Source: Vermamoeba vermiformis (Eukaryota). From it: 64,000 nt of DNA. A program made the position numbers and the translations under genes. This document shows positions 1-9,156 of the stretch, in pieces (positions within the stretch are counted from its first letter, which is position 1; each line of letters begins with the position of its first letter). The notes below the pieces were generated by a model, which was not told the origin of the DNA, made no database searches, and was given only the letters and a program-made list of their open reading frames with translations. The stretch covers positions 1-64,000 of the forward strand of contig JBEWZL010000198.1 of the NCBI GenBank assembly GCA_045837725.1. The letters run 5' to 3'.

Positions 1-39
1 CGAAAGGTATTGTAAAAACCCAGTTGGGTATATTTCATT
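1..39. repeat. Left inverted repeat of transposon 1 (probably truncated by the window edge)
   Basis: CGAAAGGTATTGTAAAAACCCAGTTGGGTATATTTCATT matches the reverse complement of 6036-6074 with 3 mismatches. Confidence 0.9.
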
Positions 40-43
40 AATT

Positions 44-3000
44 TTAGACTATCATTTGCTCAATTCTCTTCTTTTCATAGTCAGCCCATACTTCATTCTT
101 GCTTTGGTCTGCATCTATGAAGCAATTACGTGGCTCCCAGGACTGTTGTCCTCCGTCCCAAAGTACCAGCCACTCTAACTTACGTCCAACTTTTCGGTGG
201 TCTATAATACTTTTAACTACCCATTCTGCCTCATCTGCAAACAAAAATGAGTAACAATTAAGAATAAACCTATGATTTGAAGGTACCTTCAACCTGCCGT
301 TTACGCTTCTTTAAATTGACCATTGTTGGTTCTTTTTCTGATGAGACCACAAGCTCTGGTCCTTCACGTTTAACTTGGCCAATCTGGAACAATTCTGTCA
401 TAACTTTCACCTCTTCTGTTCTCTCCAGACCTTTGTAATATTCGATGCCCTGCAACATGTTAGTAACTGAATAGTAAAGTACAATCCTCACCTTTTCAGA
501 AAGAAATTTAGAGGTCTTTGTCACTATTGTGGCTATCAACTCCTTGGACACAGGGTTTGGTTGAAGTGCTACAGGTTCGGCTGACGGAGAATGACTAAAC
601 ACTGATTCTTCAACTTCAATCCAATTTTCATCGAGAGATTTTTGTTTGAACAGGAGTGTTGGAGTGCCATCAAGTCCTTTCTTTAGCCAAAAAGCATATT
701 TGTCTTTGTGACCACTCATTGATGAGCAGAATGTGAGAAACCACTTTTTCCAGGAAAGAATGGGCCATTGGAGTTCATGAATATACACATCCTTGGGATA
801 GATTGACTTTGCAAATGTAATAGCATCATTCATAGTTTCAATAACTTTCCATTGGAAGTAAGTATGAAATGGTTGAAATAGTCGGTCAATATCTTCATGT
901 GTGTGGCCAGGTTGTAAATAATGAATGAAAACCTCTTCAAACCACTCATTGTGCACTAGTAATGCTGCAAATTGAAGCAAATATTGATTTTTGCCTTCAG
1001 CTGCACTGTTATCTACTTGTAAATACAGTGTTGTTGGTCTATTTTGTGGTTGAATTGATAGCAAAGATTCTTTCAAATGATGGAACAGGAGTGAGATGTA
1101 AAAGTCTGCATCTGCAATGTAATCAGACTCCTTGAAAAACACTAACTCTTTCTTGTTCAGTCCATGGTTAATGAAGCCTACAAAGCTTGCTTGCAAAAGG
1201 TTAATATTCGCCCATTCTTTTGGCATTGGATGGTGCTGAGGAAGTTGAAAACTGCCACTTTTGTCTGTAATGATGCTCATCTTCAAGAAGGGTTGCTTAA
1301 TGGCAATATCTGCTCTTTGCCGATACATCTGTCTGTCCTTTGTAATATAATCTATGTGTTCATTCATCTGCTGTTTCAATTGCAACAGCTTATCTTCTGA
1401 AGGGCACTGTAGTCGCCGTTGTTTAATCAATAAACAGGTTGAACATTTGCCAAGTCGAGTCTCCTTCGGGCATTTAACATTCTAAAATCTTTAGCAAAAT
1501 TGAAAGATGCACATAGTAACTTACTGCAAACCATTTGCGCTTGACCTGCTTGAAAGTTTCATAGCTTGGTGTGTCAGCTCCTGGGTGAAGATTGGCAAAT
1601 TCACCAGAAAACAGATTGTACCATTCCTTCACACTTGCATTGGTTAGCAATCACAGTATCAGAACAAGAACTTACGTCATGTGTGATGGTAAGTGAATTT
1701 CATCTTTAGTTGGCACATAATCACCATATGTATTGCAATAGTTTTGGATCCAAGCGGCTACTGAGTCTCTCTTTGGGGAGTCATACACCCAAAAGCAATT
1801 ACCATGCATATGAGCCTTTGTTCCATTTAGGTATTGTTGCTTGCATTGAATAACCTTGTCGACAGACACTCCATAAACTCTGCAAAATGCAAGCTGACAA
1901 ACTGATACACCTCCTACCAGGAAAGCAACAGCTGGGCTATCAATGTTCATGTTTGTTTCAAAAAATTTCATCAGCCACTTAGTTTTCTGACTGTCATTGA
2001 GCTCAGCCACCATCTTGCGGCTTTCCAGAATCTGGCTGGTAGTGAAGAGTTCAGTACATCTAGCCTTACAACAGTTTGTAGCTGCAACTGGAAAATGTTA
2101 GTTAGATCTAAAATTTGCAAGTTATAAGTACCTTTGTTAATTGAATCAGCCCCAAGTAACTTTTGTTTTTTTAATGACTTGAGTTTTTCAGATGGAATGA
2201 TATTCTTTGTTAGGACTTGGAACAGATTCTGCGAGGCAATTGGGGTACTTTCTGGCTGCACTTGCAAGGTAGTAAATAGGTCTTTTGCATTGATGGCTTT
2301 CGAAACAGGTGCAGAATTCTAACAAGAGTTAATGCTTAGAAGAACTAAACCAGGTTAAATTACCTGTCGTTTTAAGTACACAATGTGGTCATAATATATC
2401 TTAGATTTGCTTGTTTCAAGTGTTTCTGCCACTGGAGTGGCAATTCCTTCATTTTGCATGCCATCATAGAAATACAAGACTGACTGTTGCACAAAATAGC
2501 ATGTAGTGTGGGCTCCAGTGCACATCATTACAGCTAATAGGTCATACTGACAATTGTTGACAGTTAAAACTGGCTCGATGGTTATATTTGGGTTGCTAAA
2601 TTGCCTTTTGAGTCTTCCTAACTCGACAGTCAAAACTTGTGGCAACTCCAATGTACCTACACAGTTTAATATCAAATTCATTTCTTCTAATTGAACTTAC
2701 GATGTTCAACAGGTTGTATTCCACAATCATAGCAGTTGATGGGTAGCTGGCAGTTGTAGTCTGCTAAGTGGTTGAGTGCAGCTTGGAGTGAGAGTGTACT
2801 GTCAGTCAGTTTTTCTTCAACAAAAACTGCCACTTGATGAAATAGCTTTGTTGTTGTAGGACATTTGCAGTGGCTAACAACTTTAAGAGTAGAGACAAAT
2901 AATGCTGATTCGGCAATTGACAGAGTTTTGAAAGCTGCCGTGAGTATTGCACCAATTGAGACATAAGTCTTGCAAGGCACCCAGCCTACAACAGGACCAA

Positions 3001-3252
3001 GGGCATCTATCAGATCCAATTTTAATTGGTGTAGCCTTTCATTGGATAGTGGTCCATTATTAATCCAACCCGTCAATAGTTTAAAAAAGTCACTCTCAAA
3101 CTTGTGTCCTGGCAATTTTTGCAGCACTAGCCGAAGAACGAAGCCAACTGTCTCAATAGTGCATAGGTCATTCATATCTACCATTGTTAGGTCATTCTAT
3201 TAATAGTGCTTAACTTACTGTTAGAGCCCCATTGAAAGCCTTGGAATGTCAT
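44..3252 (-). CDS. Multidomain transposase: USP-like cysteine protease + Cys-rich/DNA-binding region + Sola1-like DDD core + chromodomain (951 aa)
   Basis: Eight GT-AG introns (3178-3218, 2657-2700, 2319-2363, 2088-2131, 1634-1675, 1482-1524, 450-491, 235-286) join the ORF-track fragments in frame, 2856 nt in total. Motifs: GFQWGSNNMNDLC (Cys box), LPQVLTVEL, YDLLAVMMCTGAHTTCY...FYDGM (His box), CCKARC, KCSTC, LYLQVDNSAAEGKN, GHTHEDIDRLF, EWVVKSIIDHR...WLVLWDG...SWEP. Confidence 0.85.
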
Positions 3253-3367
3253 TTTCCTGAAGTAACAGTATTAATGAACTGCACATGAATAGTGATTTTT
3301 AAAATCTATATTGTTGGTCAATTTTGTATCATTATATGATGATCAATAGCATAGAATAGTAAGAGTC

Positions 3368-3790
3368 GTTCGGCAAAGTAGTGCTGTTTTACGTCAGCAG
3401 CAAGAGGGTTGATGCGCACCACTGTGAACCCCTACGATTTTAGCTAGCCATAACAGTGCTATATATATATTAGATGCAATGAATAACTGCCAGCATTATA
3501 TTTAGTTGAGTTCGGCAAAGTCGTGCTGCACACGAAGTTGAAGTTAAAGTTACGTTACACCAGTGTTGGGCAATCATGATTTTTCTTACCAAAATCAATT
3601 GCATATATAAACTACATGAGGTATTGTAATACCATATATATACTTAATAGAGTTCGGCAAAGTCTGGGTAAGGCACAGAAATTGTCAACAAAGATGACCC
3701 GAGAGAACTTTACTTGCATCAACTCAATAGTCCAGCTACTGCCATTACTAATAGCATAAATAATTGTAAGCACAATGAATAGGGATAGGA
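3368..3790. repeat. Three diverged 142-bp units headed by GTTCGGCAAAGT
   Basis: Exact 12-mer at 3368, 3510 and 3652 (period 142). Units 1 and 2 also share GTGCTG, CACCA.TGT, GATTTT at the same offset, and a TATATA tract. Confidence 0.75.
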
Positions 3791-4511
3791 GTTACTTCAA
3801 TTCTCTTTTACTCATGAGTAGTGGATCTTGTCAGATCTAGATCGGCAGAACTGAACTAGCAAAACCATCTTTAAAATATATATCAAAGCTTTAGTATTGC
3901 TCATTGTATATGTACAAATGCATACACCATGTTTGAAACAATTTGGTTAATTAGTAATGATGCTATAGATTGAAAACCCTCTTACGGCAAGGATTTGACT
4001 GGTGCACGAGACAGAACAGATAATAGGCTTTTTGAATATGCAATGATCAGCCCCAAAATGATAGATATGGGATATATATAATATAAGCAGCATACATATG
4101 TTATTATTATGTATTATGTTGATACCTAACAATTTCCGAGCTGGATATGAAATTATGCCGATCAATTTTCTCCTCAAAAATTCAAAATAGCCATTAAACT
4201 AGCATATTTAAATTATTATAATGCATATATAATTATAAATTGATATATGTCTTCATATGTAATAATTTCCGAGCAAGATGTAAAGTTAAATCCACCTTGA
4301 CTTACATTAGTTTTGAATCCATTGAGTTGCCTTGATAATGATGTGTTGTATGAGGTATATAATAGGTGATTTGAACTATAGGTGTTGTTTAATGTTATTA
4401 TTGGAATGAAATAATGGTCAAATAACTTCTCCGTAGCAAGTGCCCTGGTTAATTTCCTTTTATGGGTAACCAAATCCAATTGTCCTCGGAAATCATTACA
4501 TGAACACCACA

Positions 4512-5952
4512 ATGAGTGAGGATACTGACAAGGTATTAATTGACAACCCTACTGCTGCATCAGTTGACAGTGAAGCCCAGCAGCCAAAGCAAAATCCCCC
4601 GCCCAGTCCAAAATCCACTCGGGAATCATTAATAGCTGGTAATTAACTCTCTTAATTATTCTATAATTTTCCCAACATTATGATGTCTCTTTATTTATAA
4701 GGAAACTAATTTTTAATGGCTAGAAGAAAAAATTGAGTCCCTCAATCCTGATCGGCAAACCAAAATTCCTATTGGTAATTCCAATAATGAAGGTACATAT
4801 TAATTTATTATTGTAAGTATTACTCATACATAAATCAATTATAGTAAGCAATGACAGTGTCCAAGAAGAAAAATCTTCCTTCGGCGGGCTGAACTCTGCC
4901 GATAACAAAGGTAAGTAATAAGGCATTATTGGATCAACTCTGACTTGTTGCTGATTTAGAGGTATATACTGAGTTCTACAAGTACCACGGAGAGCCTTGG
5001 AATGGCAATTATTATTATAAAGTGACTCGGCGGATGGATGACTTTGCTGTCGAAGTTGGAGATACAGTGGTTGTAAAAAATGTCATTGGCTTGCATACAG
5101 TGCTATTCATCATTCGCAATAAGCAATTCAACAAGGTTCTCCTTGCAGATCCTTCCCTTAAATCTGTAATTGAAGTCAAGTTCAGTGATGTCAAGTCAGT
5201 TGAAGGCAAAGCTAGCAATAGTCAAAAAGAGTGCCTGGATGAATTGTTTAAGGCTTATTATGCAGCAAAGGTATGTCAGAAACAATATAACCCTATTTAT
5301 TTACGTTGTCCAGACTAGAAAAGTCTCTCCAAAACCTACTGTGAAAACAGAGCCAGCAAAAAAGGCTTCTAGGACCCAGCCAGTACGTGCCTCAAGAACA
5401 CTGGTAAAGCCAGCTGCGCCAAGCAAAAAAGGTAGCAAATTCTATTACCGATAGGTTTTGACAAAGACGTTTACAGGAGCAAGCAAGGGACTTGTTGCTA
5501 AAGATCAGAAGAGACCTATTGCTGTAGTAGAGCCTTCTTTGGTCAAATGACGACAATTGCAAAGTTTGTCTGCATCAGAGTCAGAAGATGAAGTTATCCC
5601 ACTTAAGAACAAGACAAAGTCCATTCACAAGCCAACATTACCAAAGCTCCCACCACCGCAAGCTGCACCCACTGCTGCCACTAACACAACTGAATTAGTT
5701 GGAGTTCCAGCTGTCCACTTGAGTCCTCAAACTACAGGATTGACACCCAGCCCAGTTCCCACTTCTGTGTTGAATACTGCAAACAATGCAAGCAACCAAT
5801 ATCTCCAAAGTATACTGGAGTTGCAGCAAATGCAGCACAGACACTCTATGGCACAGCAACAGGCCCAGTTCATGACAATTCTACAACAACAGCAGCAAGC
5901 AGAGGCAGACAGCTCATTCCGTACTGCCTTCTTACTTGCAAACAAACTTTGA
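4512..5952 (+). pseudogene. Second transposon gene (multi-exon) with a BAH/SH3-fold-like segment and a Q-rich tail; in-frame TGA at 5548-5550
   Basis: GT-AG splicing gives MSEDTDK...EVYTEFYKYHGEPWNGNYYYKVTRRMDDFAVEVGDTVVVKN...SVEGKA...EPSLVK*RQLQSLS...LLANKL. The stop reads AAA TGA CGA, in frame with ORF 5557..5952. Confidence 0.6.
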
Positions 5953-6035
5953 TATTTATTCTGGTGTTAGCTAATTCTGCCTAATAAACTGAAGAACAAT
6001 AGAAAAGCAAAAGAAAACTTTACACACAAAGAATA

Positions 6036-6121
6036 AATGAAATACACCCAAATGGGTTTTTACAATACCTTCCGTCGGCTCGGCTATCCGGAGCGTTTCG
6101 GCTATCCGGAAGCAGGTAGTG
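6036..6121. repeat. Right inverted repeat and terminal region of transposon 1, with 18-bp-spaced TATCCGG copies
   Basis: 6036-6074 is the inverted copy of 1-39. TCGGCTATCCGGA occurs at 6080-6092 and 6098-6110. Confidence 0.8.
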
Positions 6122-6194
6122 GAAATGGGGGTTGGCAATCACACAGAAGTCCCAGGTTCAAATCCTGGTAACCCACTTTTTTTTTTTTTTTTTT
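6110..6194 (+). ncRNA. tRNA-like Pol III cassette (tRNA remnant or SINE-like unit), not an intact tRNA
   Basis: Perfect T-arm CCAGG-TTCAAAT-CCTGG (6152-6168) containing a B box. A-box-like TAGTGGAAATGG at 6117-6128. GGGTTG can pair with TAACCC. An 18-nt T run follows at 6177-6194. No proper D or anticodon arm. Confidence 0.55.
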
Positions 6195-6634
6195 ATTGCA
6201 GTATCATCACCCACTAACAGGGTTATAATTGTAACACTAATAAATACCTGTTAGAAATATATTAAATTTCAATTACATCATTAATTAAAGTCAGATCTAA
6301 GCCAAAGACTGAGAGAAAACTTAGAGGTAAGTTGTACCCTACTTAGAAGGCCCAATATAATTACAATATGTTATTATAATTGATTTTCGAAATTTTGGCA
6401 CTGTCCTGAGATTCCAGAAAATATTTGTAAGAGTTTTGAATTTTTTTAGATCTGGATCTTGTGCAGGACCGCCATAGGACACACCCTCTATATAAGGGCT
6501 CTTATTATACATATATAATGTATATGGGGGGTACTATCTTATATATTTAATTCAAGTTTTTTGGTGCATTAGTAAAGTCATAGTAGATCTGCAAACATGA
6601 TGCAAAAATAGTGACTTAATCTTATTGTATAGTA

Positions 6635-8471
6635 ATGGAGAGATCTCCCAAGAAGCTAAGGCGCCCCTCTAAGCGCCATTTCAAGCAACTGGTGGCAAAG
6701 GTTGCCAAAGTGCACAAGGCTGCTCAGTACACTTTGTACAAGTATTTGAAGCGAGTTTTGAATACTGTGCCTGAGGGCAAGAAGCATCCGCCAAAACTAG
6801 TACCGTAAGTGCATTACATTGCATTATGTTTGTCTAATATTCGATAGATCCTATCTATCAATTAGTGATGCATGTTTGATCTTCATCCATTGGCTTTGTT
6901 ATAGTCCAATTATGTCCTTCTATGATGATTATGGCATTCCTAGCTCAACCATGTCTGAGTTTATCCGTTGTATGCTTGATTTGGTATGCATTGTACGTCA
7001 AGATCTACATAGAACTAATGTATTCAAAGCTGAAAGATTTTCCATCTGAGCACATCACCTCAACTGCAGCAGAAAGAAAAGATGCAGCAGAGAATGTTCT
7101 GATGGAGCCATACTCCAAAATACGAGCATTGTTAGATGGAACTCATTGCCCAGCTGAGACCAGCAGTGCACAAAAAGATTCTCACCACAGCTTCAAGCTA
7201 AAGCGTGGGGCTTTAACAACTCTAGCAGCAACAGATTTCAATGACAAGATTATCTATGTCTCAAAAGAGTCGCATCCAGCTGGGTCTCACAATGACCAAA
7301 AACTTTTGTCCATCTACATCAAAGACTACAAAGCTGTTGTTGGAGAAGACTTCACTATTGCTGATGGTGCATTTGTAAAGGACTTTAAGAAGAATGCTTT
7401 TTGGGGTATGTTGCTGAAGGAAGTGGATTTATGAATTCTGATTACATGAACAGTTCCAATCATCAAATACAAGGGCAGACAATTGTCTCTGCGCCAGAAA
7501 GCAAGCAACAAAGTCCACAGGCACATCCGTAGTGCAATTGAAAGAGTGTTTGGAAGACTTAAGTCAACATTTAAAGTTCTGAAGCTCATCTGGCGCCTGG
7601 ATCATCAGCTCTTTAATGTAGCATTCAGAATCTGTGCAGCACTCTACAATCTAGGATTGCCTCAGCAATCAAGAAAGATCCAGCCCCCTGCCAACCACAA
7701 GCTTTTTGTGTATGTGTTCTGTGCAGAACTCAGCAAAGTCTAATTTATTACAGGTATGAGCCAACACAAACCGCCATACAGCAGGACACTGAAGCAACAG
7801 AGCACTGCAACCTCACATTTGAAGAGTTCCTTGCCTTGCAGACAGATGGTGAAGTAGCTGAAAGAGCCCCTCCTGCAACTGAACAAGGCAATGAAGATTG
7901 GGAAGAGAACTCAGAAAGCTTATCTATCGAAGATTCTGAGGATGCAGAGCACAATGACTCTGTTTACTCCAGAGAGTATGAAAATGATGAATTTGATGAA
8001 ATCCCAGAAATGGATCCCCCATCTCCTGTCCCATCAAATGCAAACCAAAGAGACAAGATCATCCGTGAAATTTTGTCAGATAGAGAGAAAAGTGAGCAAT
8101 TCCAGCTATATAGACAATTGTTCTTGAACTTTGCTGAGGCAAGCAAAAAACTGCGCGATATCACTGAAGAGGCTCGTCAACGAAACTTTGGGAACCATAC
8201 TTCAGATAAGAAATGGCAGTTGGCATTCTCCGTCATGATGAAAGCCTCCAAATCATTGCAGGAAGCTGAACGCAATAACCAATTTGCAAACTTGACAGCT
8301 GAAGATGTGGAACAAGTTTACCATGAAGTTTCTCGTCTTCTAGGTACCCCAATAACACCTCCATCATCACCAACGCACTCCCCTAGCAGAAAACGAGCAG
8401 CTCCTGATGATGACAGCTCAGATGCTTCTGGCCCTACTCAAAGTTCTGCAAAGAAGCAGAAGTCCACCTAA
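6635..8471 (+). CDS. Harbinger/ISL2EU (IS5-like, DDE_Tnp_4/HARBI1-type) transposase with HTH and a long acidic/helical C-terminal extension (551 aa)
   Basis: Exons 6635-6804, 6848-6983, 7030-7405, 7454-7709 and 7754-8471 are in frame (1656 nt). Motifs: YGIPSSTMSEFIR (HTH), LLDGTH, GSHND, IADGAF, NKVHRHIRSAIERVFGRLKSTFKVL, ICAALYN. Confidence 0.88.
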
Positions 8472-8580
8472 CTCATCTTCTTGTTAGCAGATCCTACTCA
8501 ATTTCATTACTCATATATATTTAGATAATAGATATAGTGTATTCATTAAAATAAACTTTTTATCTGCAACTGTAGGTACT

Positions 8581-8667
8581 TATCCGGAAGTTGTCACTTA
8601 GCCGGGACAAATGACTTGTCCGGGACAAACAACATATCCGGGTCGGATGACTTATCCGGGCCGGATA
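8581..8667. repeat. Subterminal array of TATCCGG-like motifs with an 18-bp period
   Basis: TATCCGG 8581, TAGCCGG 8599, TGTCCGG 8617, TATCCGG 8635, TATCCGG 8653, plus inverted CCGGATA at 8661. Confidence 0.85.
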
Positions 8668-9156
8668 TGTGATACTGCATGGATATGAGAGCCAGCCTGG
8701 ACTGGCCATCCTCCCATTGGCTGATAACAACCACTAGTAACTGACATCCAGAAAAATAAAAAAATGGCAGATGGCTGATAACATATGGGGGATGGCCACC
8801 ATGGCACAGGACAGAGATAAAATATCATATTCAGTGGCACCGGGGGATCTGGCACAGTCAGTCAACACAAAGAAGTTCTTAGCAAGCTCTGCAGAATTTT
8901 TTAATGTCTCTGAGCCCTGCAAAAAAGATACTTCTACTTAGAAGTTTCTACGCTTTGGTAACTGATTATGAGAGTTTCCATAAATCTCCACATGGATTTC
9001 TAGCTTCATAGTTCTCACCTACATCACCAGGTTTGCTCACTCACCAGCTTGGTGTACTTACTCTGAAGTGTGGATTAATGAATAAACAATGAAACGTGAA
9101 GCTGGAGCAGTATGTGAGAAACCAGAACTTTCACTGTGCCATTTACTATTTACAAT

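Larger units (their letters stand above)
1..6121. mobile_element. TIR-bounded DNA transposon with a Sola1-like transposase and two divergent genes; left terminus probably lies outside the window
   Basis: 1-39 and 6036-6074 are inverted repeats (36/39 identical). Both internal genes point outward and stop next to the repeats. The right side continues through two TCGGCTATCCGGA copies to ...CAGGTAGTG at 6121 (reverse complement CACTAC). The exact right end (6074-6121) is uncertain and no TSD can be checked. Confidence 0.8.
6197..8679. mobile_element. Putative second DNA transposon (PIF/Harbinger-ISL2EU type)
   Basis: Contains a DDE_Tnp_4-type gene. Candidate 10-bp inverted termini TGCAGTATCA (6197-6206) and TGATACTGCA (8670-8679). 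Subterminal repeat array at 8581-8667. No clear TSD, so the boundaries are tentative. Confidence 0.5.

Noticed and set aside
3368-3790. CRISPR interpretation of the 142-bp array
   Set aside because: The repeat is only 12 bp, the spacers are ~130 bp and partly homologous to each other, and there are no cas genes in this eukaryotic context.
4131-4890. TCGG/CCGA words about 133 bp apart (4131/4264; 4485/4618/4751)
   Set aside because: Short, degenerate and partly inside coding exons whose exon+intron length is similar; cannot be separated from chance by eye.
6110-6176. Intact tRNA gene call
   Set aside because: No D stem or anticodon stem can be formed; only the T arm is canonical.
1-8679. Fanzor/TnpB, Polinton or endogenous virus interpretation of the left block
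   Set aside because: No RuvC-like TnpB, protein-primed PolB, capsid or packaging ATPase motifs recognised.
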